NCBI GenBank assembly: GCA_013265495.1
Contig: MU058658.1
Coordinates: 186,001 to 242,014, forward strand
Direction of reading: 5' to 3'
DNA length: 56,014 nt
Source: Vicugna vicugna
Lineage: Eukaryota
Shown here piece by piece: positions 39,830 through 54,252 of this stretch (positions are counted from its first letter, which is position 1; the number at the start of each line of letters is the position of its first letter). The notes beneath the pieces were generated by a model that worked only from the letters and a program-made list of their open reading frames with translations, was not told the origin of the DNA and did not search any database. The translations under genes were made by a program, and so were the position numbers.

Positions 39830-39925
39830 GCTGTTCTTTGCCCAAACCAGAGCTGGTCTACTCACTGGAGCACAGCCCAGGGTCACGGACGTCGAAGACA
39901 GGCCTCTCCCCAGGCTCCTGCGCAG
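39830..39925 (+). CDS. ZNF460/ZNF543-like gene exon 3, divergent KRAB-B box
   Basis: tttctttctctgtgaaaag|GC...GCAG|gtgagt. 96 nt, phase 1-1, encoding (G)CSLPKPELVYSLEHSPGSRTSKTGLSPGSCA. Confidence 0.75.
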
Positions 39926-41254
39926 GTGAGTGCCGGCGGCTGCGGACAGCAGGGCAACCACTGCCTCTTGAATGTTTAAGAATATTCTTGTTGTGGCCTC
40001 TCTACTCTAGAGAGGTCCACGGAGCCTTTTAATCTGCATTCCCTCTGCCTCACACTCTCCAGCCCCGTGACACTCTTCCCTGCTCCCTGGGAGGTGGCGA
40101 GTGTATTAGGTTCAGCTCAGGCTCTCGGTTCCATGTGCTTGGCCTTGAAAACTAGGTGTGACAGTCACACAGCCTTGGGGAAGCTGTGTGATTCCATTTT
40201 GCCTTTGGATCTAAGTGTGGCCAGGGAAGTCCAGTCAAGCTAACGAGCATGTTCAAAAATCTCAGTGGCTTGGCCTTTGAGGAGTGTTTTCCTTACACCA
40301 ACGACCAGGTGGTCAGTGGATGCTGTGCCTCCCGTGGGTACCTCCTGTCATCACCATGAGACTTGCCGGGCTGTCCTGGCACCCCCCAGCTGGCAGAGGG
40401 GAGGGGAGAGAAGAAGGCAGGTGTCACACCCATGCCCATCACCCTGTTCCCCTCCTGTTCCACTGACCGGATGCTCGGTCTTGTCATTGGGTGCCTGGGG
40501 CTGGGGAGTGAGGCTGAGCCGTGTGTCCCAGGAGAGGAGCAGATGTTTTGGTGAGTGTAGTCTGTGCACACGGTCTGTTCCTGGAAAATGGCGGTTGTTG
40601 GAGAATGTGATAGTTCTGTGCAGGAAACCTCTTTGCACTGGGCCTGACCCGTAGCGACTGGCAGCAAAAGTAAGCTCTTAGTCCACACGAGGTTTAGAAG
40701 ACACTCTAGTGCTTGATAATTTGACCCATAATTAATAATATTGATAAAACAAACAATAAACAAAAACAGCATCATGTGATACCCCCCAGAAGTAAGCTGT
40801 TAGTATTACTCGCGTTGTGGTATGAGTCCTACTGAGTGAGGACAGTGGCTCGCATTGCCTTCTGACCAGCTGTGCTCTGTGCCGCACCCTCTCCCACCAT
40901 CTCCGTCTGCCCACGCCCCGAGTGCCAGTCAGGCCCTGGGGAGCGCTCCTTTGCCCGAGTCTTCCTGTCCCTCCTGTCTGCGTAAACCTCAAGGTGCCCC
41001 GTGCCCAGCAGGCCTAAGAGGGGCCTTAAGACCTTGCCCGCTCCTTCCACTTCCCATGTGGGTTAGAAGGCTGGGGGCAGCTGCAGACAGCCCCTCCACC
41101 CCTCCGCCTCCACCCCCCACCTCCAGACACCTCCAGATCCTGTCTGTGTTGCATGCACGTCTTTTTTTTTTTTAGGGTGGGAACTTTAGTTTTTATTTGC
41201 CATTGTTAAGTCACCAAGACCATACAGTGCCTGGCATATGTTTGACAAGGTATT

Positions 41255-41848
41255 TTTTTTCTTTTGTTTTCATATTCTGTTTCATTATAGGTTACTACAA
41301 GGTATTGAATATAGTTCCCTGTGCTGTAGGTCCTTGTTGTTTATTTTATATATAGTGGTTAGTATCTGCAAATCTCAAGCTGCCAGTTAATCCCTTCCCA
41401 CCCTCTTTCCCAGTGGTAACCATAAGTTTGTTTTCTATGTCTGTGAGTCTGTTTCTGTTTTGTAGATGAGTTTATTTGTGTCTTTTTTTTTTTAAGATTC
41501 CACATATGAGTGATAATCATATGGTATTTTTCTTTCTCTTTCTGACTTACTTCACTTAGAATGGCAATCTCCAGGTCCATCCATGTTGCTGCAGATGGCA
41601 TTTTTATTCTTTTTTATGGCCGAGTAGTATTCCATTGTGTATATATACCACATCTTCTTTATCCAGTCATCTATTGATGGACACTTAGGTTCCTTCCATG
41701 TCTTGGCTGATATGAACATTGGGGTGCATGTGTCTTTTCGAATTAGAGTCTTCTCTGTATGTATGTCCGGGAATGGGATTGCTGGATTGTAGGGTAAGTC
41801 TATTTTTATTTTTCTGAGGAGCCTCCATACTGTTTTCCATAGTGGATG
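41255..41848 (-). mobile_element. Relatively young L1 3' end (ORF2 C-terminus plus 3' UTR), antisense
   Basis: Minus-strand PLWKTVWRLLRKIKIDLPYNPAIP...WKEPKCPSIDDWIKKMWYIYTMEYYSAIKK and ATWMDLEIAILSEVSQKEK. Confidence 0.92.
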
Positions 41849-42874
41849 TTTCATGCTTGTCTCTTGAGCCCATGACCTCCAGTACCTATATGAGACCCCT
41901 CCCCACACTCTCAGTGCAGGCTTTCAGCTTTTGCCGGTGCGATGCCAACACACTCCTAGGTGGTCTCCCCACGTCTCCGTGCCTCTGGTCTGCCATGTCT
42001 CCCACACTGGCCCCCGCAGACACAGAGATCTTGTTCCAAACCTCCCCACCCCGCACCACTGACGTCTCAGCAGATGGTTACTGCTGCCTCCACATTTTCA
42101 TGTCGGTAACAGAGCCGGCGTCCTTGTGTTGCTGGTCCTTAAACCCTTGCACGCTCATCAAATCCCTCCCCTGTGTTATTTCCCTCCTCACCTCTCTCTT
42201 GAGGAAATCTCGCCCTAGCCATGCCTAGTTCATGCACCGGGGTCTGGACCTCACCTTTTCAGGAAGCTGCTGCTTCTCTCCTTTTCTGCCTCTTTTGTAA
42301 TATAAAAATACGCTCAGTTGTCTCATACTTGGGGAAAGGAAATAGAAGATGCTTCTGTCTCTCCACTGGCTTCTCACTACCATTGATTCTGCCTTCCCTG
42401 TAAAATCAGTCTTCTTGGAGGAGCCACCTCATTCCTGCAGGAGACATCTGCACTTGAGTTCCATGCTTCCCACTTGCTATGATTTTCTTGCACTTTCCAA
42501 ATGAGGGGTAACTCACATGCTGTGTGGTGCAAGAATCTTAAGAGGTCAGCTTCATGAACGTTTGCACTCCGTCAGCGTATAGAACATGTCCAGCACCTCA
42601 TCGGATCTCATGCCCTTGGAGCCCCTTCTGCTCAGAACCCCGTTCAGGTTGTCAGCATAGACTAGTGTTGACTGCTGAGCCCCACAGTGGACCTCAGGTA
42701 CAGGTTTCATCAGTGATAAGCCTTGGTTTATGGTACATTGTCATCACTGATTCATGAGTGACCTTGATTGATTGTATTAATTAAATTATTTGCTCATTCT
42801 TTTTTTGCTTTTTTAATAATACACTTAACATCACTGACCTCCACAATGAGAACATTACTCACACCCTCCTGTCT

Positions 42875-43140
42875 TCATCGGTCTGGGCTGCGGTGATGAG
42901 AATTCCACAGACAGGGCAGCTCAAGCACCACACATTTCTTTCTCAGATGTCGGGAGGCCGGGAAGTCCAGGATCAAGGTGCTGGCAGACCTGGTGTTGGG
43001 GGACAGCCTGCATCGCGGTCTGCAGATGACAGCCTTCTCATCCTGTCCTCACGTGGCAGAGAAAACAAGCAAGCTGTCTCGTGTCTCTCCTTGCAAGGAC
43101 ACTGGTCCCATCTTGGGCGCTCCTCTCCTGCACGGCAGTC
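42875..43140. mobile_element. MLT1-like (ERVL-MaLR) LTR fragment
   Basis: ggaggccgggaagtccaggatcaaggtgctggcag...ttctcatcctgtcctcacgtggcagaga...aaggacactggtcccatc. Confidence 0.7.
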
Positions 43141-43589
43141 CCCTGATCCTGGAGGACTCTGCACCTGTGTTGGTTCTGTCTCCCAAGGCTGAAAGGGCCT
43201 CCTGTTTTCTCCCTGCTGCACTTTCTACTGCTTCAGTAGGTCTGGCTCATCTGGGAAGCCTCCCCGACCCCCTCGTCTCCATCAAGGCTGCACTGGGTGC
43301 CGCTTCGCCAGCTTCATGTAGCACCTTGAGATGTTCTGCCTTTGAGCAGACTCAGCACACAGTGTCATCATCACTGTCTGTCCGTCTCTAGTCTCCAGGC
43401 ATTCTGTCCGCCGGCCATGCTCTCCCTCTGAGTTTCCCCTCTAAAAATTTCATGAATTCAAGAACCAAAAAGGAAGAAATTTCAAACCTGGGTTTGAGAG
43501 ATTTGAAACCAAGGAGGTACAGAGCCACTGTTTCCGTTCCTGATCTCACTGACTCGGTGGCTTCGTTTCTTCTATGTTGTCGTCACTGA

Positions 43590-45407
<1,818 letters not shown>

Positions 45408-46074
45408 CCGATGAGGGGAGACCCTTCACAAGTGGGAGTCCTCAGTCAGCCTGTAAGAACTGTTGGGGAAAGACTTTTGAATGTGACCACTGAGGAAAGT
45501 CTTTTGCTGTAGAGGAAACATCTTACTCAGAATCTGATCGTTCATACCAAAGAGAAAGCCCTCATTTTCCTTCCCTGTGAGAAAGCCCGTTGCAGGATGT
45601 CGGTTGTCATCTAGCATCACGTTAGAGATAGAATCAGCCCCGAATCTTACTCTGTATCTGAAACTCCATCCAGGAGAGTAACCCAGTCTTTACCGTGCAC
45701 TTTTCAAAGCCTTCAGCCATGTCTTTCTCCTTTGTTTACACTGCAAAATGATCTCAGGGATATTTATACAAAAGAGGAGGAGACAGAGAAGAGAAGAAAG
45801 AAATGAAAACACAGCTTTCAGGTTTCCGTGATGAGCCTGTGGCAGCTGATCCTCCCTTAGTTTATGTGGGGGCAAGGGGAGTGTTGTTGCAGAGATCAGA
45901 GGACTTTGTTCCTTTATCTGTCTTACATGCACACACTGCTGTCCAGGGTCCGGAGAACTAAACAGTTGAGGATATGTCTGAAAATACTGAAAACCGCCTT
46001 TCTTCCACAACGTTGTCTCTACCCTTGAGTAGCATATGTCTTTATGAGGAATATAAAGACTTCGACTCAAATGC

Positions 46075-46136
46075 TTTTTTTTCAGTGGAGGTACTGGGGA
46101 TTGATCCCAGGACGTCGTGCATGCTAAGCATGTGCT
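46075..46136 (-). mobile_element. Truncated Vic-1-type SINE
   Basis: tttttttttcagtggaggtactggggattgatcccaggacgtcgtgcatgctaagcatgtgc. Confidence 0.75.
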
Positions 46137-46959
46137 GAAGTATTTTCATATTTTAGGAGGTAAAGTGGGACATGTATGGGCACACTTTACTGCACATTTA
46201 AGAGTTTGATTTTTTAAAAATCATAGCATTTCTTCATGTGTCTTTAACCACGCAACACTCATATTTGATCTACTTGTTTGTTTATTTTTTCTTTATTTTC
46301 TGTGTGGTGAGGATGACAGTGTTAACTGTGCAACCTTCCCAGATGAATCCCAGGTCTTCCCTCTGACCACGATTTCCTTTGGATTCCTCTTCAGAGAGGC
46401 TTCTTCACGTCCACCTCTGGTTTTCTAGGGGTCAAATTAGAGCCAGAACAAAATAAAACACAGGGCCAAATTAAGCTGAAGAATAATGATTACATTAAAA
46501 ACAAGAACACAGAGGAGGAATCTGTTTTAATCATACAAAAGATTGTGTGAAGATTTGCCATCAAGTAAAGTGACTAGAATTTTAACAGAAGGCAACACGT
46601 GTGTGTAGATACGTGTGAGTTCCACAGTTGTCACCATCAGCTTAGTCCCAGTGTAATGACTCATGACTAGTATCTTTTATCAGGATATTTTGAAATTCCC
46701 CCCTTGGTAATTTTTGGCGGGGGTGGGGAACATGTGATAGTATTACCTCATATTAAGAAAGTACATGTTCAGAAAGATATAAAAATCATATATTCACTCT
46801 GAACCCTCCTCAGGGCCCTTCAGATGACCGCATGTCTAGTTTTGCGTTGCCGTTGTAGGCCAGGGCGTTCTTGTTGTGTTAATCCATGGCATTATTGTGA
46901 AGCCCTCTCTTCCTGCTTCTCAAATCTTGTCATAGGAGTTTTCAGCAAGTTCTAGGTCC

Positions 46960-49900
46960 TGAATGTTTTCTCCTAAAAATCTATCTTTTACATTTAAGTC
47001 TTGATCCATGTTGAGCTGATTTTTGTATTACCATGTTAAGTTTAGGTTGTGTTTTTTTGCCCAAGGATGTTCAGTTGTTCTGGCACCATTTATAGAAAAG
47101 ACTTTCCCGCCTCCATTGAACTGAACTTGGTAAGAAAAGTCAGTGGGGCATAGTCATGTTGGTGTGTTTTTACTTCTTTATATTAGCCCATTGGTCTCTG
47201 TTTAAACCTTTGCTAATACCACACCATCTTGAATACTGTAGCTATCATTAAACCTTAAAACTGGGTAAAGTGATTCCCTCTTTATTCTCTTTAAAAAATT
47301 ATTTAGCTTTCCATATCAGTGTTTCCTTTGGCTTTCCATGTAAGTTTTATCATGTGCTTGTCTGTATTTATAAAACATCTTGTGGGATTTTTATAGACAT
47401 TAATCTCCAGATCATTTTGGTGAGACTTTGTGTCTGTATTATGTTGAGTCTTCCATTCCATGAACGTGGTATGTGTCTCCATTTATTTGGATCCTCTGAT
47501 CTGTTTCATTAGTGCTTTGTAATTTTCAGCGTACAGATCCTAAACGTATTTTGTCAGATTTTTATTCAGAAATTTTTTAAGAGTCATTATATGTGGTATT
47601 GAGTTTTAAATTTCAGTTTGCACATTCTCATTACTGTTAATAGAGAAATATAATGTTTATATGTTGACTTTGTATCTTTGTATCCTATGACCTTGCTGGA
47701 CTCACTAGACCAGGCTTTTGTTTTGTTTTGTTCTTTTGGTAGATGCCTCAGAATTTTCTTTACAAACAATAATGTTATCAGGAAATAGTAAGCATCTTAT
47801 TTCTTCTTCCTCATATGTATCCCTTTTATTTCCTTTCCCTGTCTTTATTATACTACCTAGAATTTCCAGTACAATGTTGAATAGAAATGGTGAAAGAGGA
47901 CACACTTGTCATGTTCTTAATGTTCAGGGGAAAGCATTTCTTGACCATTAAATAAGATGATAGTTGTGGGTTTTTATGTAGATGTTTTTTATTTCTGAAC
48001 TTAAGTTTGGAAATTTTCCCTCCTCATTTGTGGAGAGCTTTTACTATGAATAGGTGTTGAATTTTGTCAGTTGCCTTTCTCCTTCAATTGATGTGATCAT
48101 ATTTTTTTTTCTGTAGCCTGTTGGTATAGATTATGTAACTGGTTTTGAATGTTGAACCAACATTGCATTTCTGCAGCAAACCTCACTAGATCATGGAATA
48201 TAACTATATAAATATATGTATAAATATGTATGTATGTATGTATCAGCACTCCTTTTGCTGGTATTTTGTTGAGAAATCCTATGTCTAAAACCATGAGCGT
48301 GCTGGTCTGTAGCTCTTCTTGTTGTTGCTGCTCCAGTGTTGGTGTCTGAGTAATGCTGCCCTCCCAGGAAGAACTAAGGAGTGTTCCTTCCCTTTTTTTC
48401 CTTCCTGGATGAAGTTCTGTAGAATCAGCTTTATTTACTCTCTAAACGTTTGGTAGAATTCTTTGGTGAAGCCATTTGGGCCTGGAATCTTTCCTTTGGG
48501 ATGCTGTCAGTTACATATTCATTTAATTTAATCAGTACAGGGGTATTTTTTAGCTGGGTGGGTTTTGATAGATTGCCCTTCTGGAGGACTTGTTCCCTTT
48601 CATCTTAGTTTTCTAATTAAGTCCGTGGAATTGTTTTACATATCCCCTCATTTTTTTCATGACAGGGACATCTGGGATTATTTCTCCTATTTTATTCCTG
48701 ATATTGGAGGTATGTTTCTATTCTCATTTTATCTTTGTTAATCTTTTTAGATGTGTATCAATTTTATTGACTGCTTCAAAGAACAGATTAAAAATTTTTT
48801 TAATTTTTTTTTTGGATGGAAGTACTGGCCATTGAACTCCACCACTGAGCTATGCGCACCAACCCACCCCCAGCTTTTTATATGATTGGTTTTCTCTATT
48901 AGTTTCTCAATTTCTTCTCTGACCTTTATTATTTCCTTTCTTTTACCTGCTTTGATTTTATTTGGCTCTGTATAGTTTCTTGAGATGGTATCTTAGATTA
49001 TTAATTTGAGATTTTTTGACTACTGTATTGTTAGCTTCTAATTCTATAAATTTTCCTTTCCAGTACTGTTTGAGCTCCATCCCCCAAATTTTCATATGTT
49101 TTAATTACACATTCACTTAATTGAAATATTTCTTGATTCCATTTGAGACTTCCTCTGTGACCTATGGATTACTTAGAAGTATGCTCTTTGATTTCCAGTG
49201 TTTGGAATATTTACTGTTATCTTTCTGTTTTTATTTCTGAGCACATGCTCTGTATGATTTCAAAATGTTTACATTTGTTAAGGTTTGTTTTATGGCCCAT
49301 ACACAACATTCTTGTTGAATGTTGTTTAGTTGCTTGGAAAGGATGTATCTTCTGCTGTTGTTGGGTGGAACATTGTATAAATGTCTATGAGATTGAACTG
49401 GTTAATGGTATTACTCAGATGTTCTATATCCTTGCTGACTTTGTATCTAGTGAGAAGAGTATTGAAATCCCCAACTATAGTTGTGAAATTGTCTATTTCT
49501 CCTTTTGGTTCTATTACCTTTTGCTTTTTGTATTTGAATGTTTTCTTGTTTGGTGCATATGCATTTATCAGTGCTATGTCTTTGTGGTTTCTTGACCCTT
49601 TTATCGTTAAGTACCTAACATCCCTCTTTGCCCTGTTAATTTTTTGGGGTCTGAAGTATACCTTACCTGATACTAATATAGCCAGCCACTGCTGCATTTT
49701 TACTAATATTTGCATGGTTTATCTTTGTCCATCTCTTTTATTTTCAACCTACCTATATTATATATTAGGTAAATTTTTTTTGTAGGTGGCATATAGAGGG
49801 GTGCCTTTTTTCCCCTCCCACTTTGATGATCTCTTTTTTAATTTGATATATTAGGCCATTTATATTAAAGTAGTTATTGACACATTGGGACTAAATGTCG

Positions 49901-50000
49901 ATTTTTTTCCTTGGTTATCATTTCTCTGTCTTGTGTCTGTTTTTGTTTATGTGTGTGTAGGGGGGCAGTTCTTTGAGTTTTTAAGGTACTTGGGCATGTA
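46960..50000 (-). mobile_element. Old L1 ORF2 fragments, antisense (internally deleted Vic-1 at ~48800-48870)
   Basis: Minus-strand peptides CPLSPFLFNIVLEILG and INAYAPN...EIDNFTTIVGDFNTLL (L1 RT and endonuclease). Confidence 0.88.
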
Positions 50001-50599
50001 TAGTGTTTTGGAGGTACATTTCTTCATATGATTCTTTTTTTTTTTTTTCCAGCTTGAACACATTTCAGTTTTGTCACCAAAAGAAAGAGTAGCCAAATCC
50101 TTGCCCTCATCACTCTTCCGACTAATTTTCTTTAAGCAGCTCTGCTCTACAGAGGTGAAAATCTAGATGCTCATAAAGTAAACGAAGGTCACCAGAGGAT
50201 CCAGCTACTCAGAAGTCTGGTATCTTCTGGACTTGTCATGTCCACTTCTGGAACTCCACTGCTCCTCACTGAAGGAGCTTCAGATGAAGATTTCTGTTAG
50301 TCTTCCTAAATGCTGGCACCCCCCAGTGTGCACTTCCCCATGGGCTCTGTGCTGGCCCACCACTGTGGTTCTCTACAACTTGCCTTTTATTATGTTGATA
50401 TTTTCAGCCTACAAAATGGTATGCCGGATGTCTGTGCTTATCATTGCTAAATCTGCCACCCAAAGCTTCCACCTAGTGTCAAATAAATTAAAATTTTTTA
50501 TAGTATTCTGACCACTTTTTAAAAAACATTTCCTTGCTCTTTGGACAAGTGCAGGAGAGCATCTGAGGTACATCACTGAGTTATCTTCAACTTTAATTA

Positions 50600-52280
50600 A
50601 AAATTCCTTATGCATTGAAGTATAACTTACATTCAGTAATCTTTCTTTTCAGGGTATATGTTTTGATGAGTTCTGACAAATAAGTATACAATTTTGTGAC
50701 CACTGCCATGAAGATGTGAGTCACCTCAAAATGTTCCATCATGCAAACTCCTCTCCCAAATGCCAGCTTTAGGAACCACTGATTGGTTTTCTGTCCTGAC
50801 ATTTTTGTGTTTTTTCAGAATATCAAATGAATGGAATCACCCAATATGTGGTCTTTTTTTTTTTTTTTTCCTTCTCCACCTGGCATAATGATTTTGATAC
50901 TCATTCATGTTGTTCCTTGTTTTTTTTCCTTTTGTAACTGAGTAGTATTTTATTTTCTGGATATACTACAATTTGTTCACCCATTATCCAGTTCATGGAC
51001 AACTTTTCCAAGGTTTTGGCTTTTGTGAAGAAAACTATAGTGATGTTTGTATTGAAACACTTTAACTTATGTATAATCTAGGATTAGAACTGCTGTGTCC
51101 TCTGGTGTATATATATTTACCTATAAAGGAAGCTGCCGAATTGTTTTCCAGGATGGCTGTACTAGTTTGCAGTCTCTCCAACAGCATATGGAAGTTCCAG
51201 TTGTTCTGCATCCTTGTCAGCACTTGGAATCGTCAGTCTTGTTGACTGTTGAATTGCTAGCAGGGGTGTAGTTGTCTTACTGTGGTTTTTAAATGGCATT
51301 GCTGGAGTGACTAAGGCTATTCAGCATCTTTTCATATGTTCATTGGTCATTCTTAAATCATTGGTTATTTGTCCAAATCCTTTGTTCATTTTTTTTTCTT
51401 CTTAGCATTTAGTTGTAAGAAATTGGGTTTTTTTTTCCTTTCTCAGTATTCTGCATGCCAGCCCTTTATCAGATACATGCTTTGCAAACAGTGTCTCAGA
51501 CATGGCCTCATCTTTATTTTCTTTGCAGTGTCTTTTGAAGAATAGATATTTTAAGTCTTGATGTAAACCAAAACTGATTTTTTATTGTAAGTGTTCTTTT
51601 TGTGTACTATCTGTATACTTAGAGTTTGTCCAACCCAACGTTGTGAATATTTTGACTTATAAAGCATTCTGTGGTTTTAGTTCTTACATTGTGGTCTAAG
51701 ACCCATTTTGAGTTAATGTTTATATACAGTCTGAGGAAAATATTCCAGATTATTTTAAAACATTTACATTTTATACCCAAGCAAATCACTTTGAAGGGAT
51801 AGTCATAAGAAATAAGTGTTTTCTTATGCTAAAGTACATATACACAAAGGTTTAACGACGGTGTCCTCATACCCAGGAACTGGAATTAATCGAAGTGACA
51901 GTCATCTGTAAGACGCTTACATAAACAATGAAACGGTCATTAGACGGAAGAAAACCAGGGATGAAGACTGCTGCTTTCAAGCAACAACATGGATGAATTG
52001 AGTGGCAGTGTATGTCAGACACAAAGTAGTCAACACTGTAAACTTCTGTAGATAAGTTCATAACGAGGAGAACGTCCTAGGTGGTGATAAAGGACATAAT
52101 AATGGCCATGTTTGTGCAGCATTAACTGAGAAGGGACAGTTACGTGCCTGAGAAGCTCTTGGGCTGTTCTCTCTGCGTGGTGACAGGTTACATGGGAAGC
52201 ACAGGTGAGTAGCCTTTAGGCAGTACTCTTAAGAATCTCATTGAATTATGCATGTATGAAAAAGGGAAAAGAAATGTAAG
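50600..52280. mobile_element. Old L1 3'-end fragments (minus ~50600-51760, plus ~51760-52280)
   Basis: L1M-type 3' UTR text (gaagtataacttaca, aaccactgattgg, ggatatactacaatttgttcaccc; caacaacatggatgaat on plus). Confidence 0.65.
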
Positions 52281-52511
52281 TTGATACTGATTCACTGCCC
52301 CCAACTATAAAGTAGTACACAGCCATCTTAGCTATGAGCCTGCCAAGTTGATATTCCACCTTCCACTTCAGAGGACACCAAACAGAATTTCACTTAAATT
52401 ACTCTCTTACAGTTCTTCAGTTTGACACCTTAAATGTGTGTCACTAATAGTAGCCATTCTCTTTTTGTCTCATTTAGAAATTTATATGAATAGAATAATG
52501 CTTTACAGATG

Positions 52512-53168
52512 TGCTGGGAAACAAGCTGCTGGACAAGCAGCTAGAAAACAAGCTGCACCTAAATTTCCACGAGCTTATAATATATTCACACTTACTTGCT
52601 TAAAATGCACATTCTTGCTTTGTTTTAATGTTTTATGCCGTAGATGACCTATAGCGCGCATTATACTAAAGAAAATTTGTGAGGAGAAATCCTGAGACCA
52701 TAAGGGCATGAAGGAGGGCAGATATTTCCTTAGGGTAAAACAATGGATGGTCCTGGCAAGCCAGATCATCCGTTAACAGAACTTTGTTCGGTCATGAAAG
52801 CATGCGGTTAAGCCCAGGGGGACTATTTGCTATCTCAAGATGTCCTGGAGGCAATAACAGGATAGATTTAGAAATTTTGCATACCCCGAGGAGGGTGATT
52901 TTTCCTGGAAGGGAAGGCCTGAAATTAATCAGTTAACCAGCAAGCAGAATTTAGCTTTTCCCATGGAATATCTAAAGCCCCACCTCTGATCGCATTTTTT
53001 TCTAAGCTGTATACTTCTAATAAATATGTCGGCCAGGCTTTCAGCGCTCTAGATCCACGAGATCTTGAGTCCTCTGGTCCCATCTTTGCTCTTTACTTTG
53101 TCTATTTATTTCTTAAGTCTTGCGTCTCCTGTCCTCAGACACAGTCCTGAGCTCTGCTGGACGCAGCA
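52512..53168 (+). mobile_element. Solo LTR (657 bp) with perfect 6-bp TSD, ERV2/betaretroviral-like
   Basis: Termini TGCTG...CAGCA form an inverted repeat. TSD CAGATG at 52506-52511 and 53169-53174. AATAAA at 53019-53024 followed by a T-rich U5. Confidence 0.85.
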
Positions 53169-53444
53169 CAGATGCTTTTTTGTATTGCCTGCATATATTA
53201 TCTTACTTGTAAAGATTTTTGAGGTGAATGTATACCTAATTATCATTCTTTACTTATGTATACTAAATGGTATTATTCATTTTAGTGGAATTCATTAATT
53301 GCATCTCATAATATGTAGGGATGGCAGTTTTGATACTTTGGCAGAGATTCAAGTTGAATATCCTATAATAATTTCAAAACAACAATAATTTAAAAACAAT
53401 TGTGCTTTGAATAATAGAGCTTGAGTATTTTGAAGGACTACAGA

Positions 53445-53877
53445 TGTTACGGAAATGACAGGCCAGCCAAGAAACAAGCACCACTCGGAGGGTTGGAGTA
53501 CTCAGATTTATTACGCTGGCGGGCTCAGCAGGGCTTCTGCTCCGAAGCTCTGAGCACCTCCAACACGTGTGCATGAGGTTTTATAGGGTTAATTACAAGC
53601 TTGGGGTATTTGGCTGATAGGCATGGAACAGCTTTAGCAACATCATTATCACAAAAGTAGAGGCAGGGAGGCAGCAAACCAACATTTCAAGGCCAGATAT
53701 GTCTCTCTGAAAATCCAGCTGGCTAGCAAAAAACAACATGAACAGGGGATCAGCAAACCCACAATAATTAACTCAGATTTACAAGTTAGCCCAGCAGAAC
53801 TCAGATCAGTAATCCGACACTTGTTACACTTAGATTTGTGAGTTAGCTTGTTAGCCCAGCTGGGCTTTTCCTTCACA
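53445..53877 (-). mobile_element. 3' LTR (433 bp) of a minus-strand ERV
   Basis: Minus strand TGTGAAGG...CCGTAACA. Preceded by PPT AAGAGGGGGGAA (53878-53889). TATAAAA at 53579-53585 and AATAAA at 53507-53512. Confidence 0.9.
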
Positions 53878-54252
53878 TTCCCCCCTCTTGATGCTTTCAC
53901 AACCCTTGTTGGAGTAAGCATCATCATTTACCTGTTGCAGGGGCTCATAATTGGAGGCTAACATCTGAAGTTTTATAGCCTCTATCTGCTCACTGACAAA
54001 GCGGGTCAGGAAGTTTAGGACACAGGGCCCAAACAGCAGAACAGCAAAAGCCAGGAGTAAGGGACCTATGAACGGTGCCAGCCAGGAGGTCCAGCCCCAG
54101 GGGCCTGTCCATGGGCTCTTACCTAAAATATGTTTTCTTTTTTCCACTCGGTCTTGTAACTCTTGAACCATTCCTCTGACAATTCCTGATTGATTGGCAT
54201 AAAAACAACACTCTTCGTTTAGGAAGAGGCATAGTCCCCCCTCTTTGGCCGT
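53851..54252 (-). pseudogene. env: ERV env TM C-terminal part, out of frame with the upstream env
   Basis: Open frame TAKEGGLCLFLNEECCFYANQSGIVRGMVQEL...WLAPFIGPLLLAFAVLLFGPCVLNFLTRFV...YEPL, giving CX6CC, membrane anchor and YxxL. Stop lies inside the LTR. Confidence 0.9.

Noticed and set aside
52504..53446. TACAGATG occurring beside both LTR ends
   Set aside because: At 53439-53446 the TG belongs to the ERV LTR terminus, so it is a short chance match and not a shared TSD.
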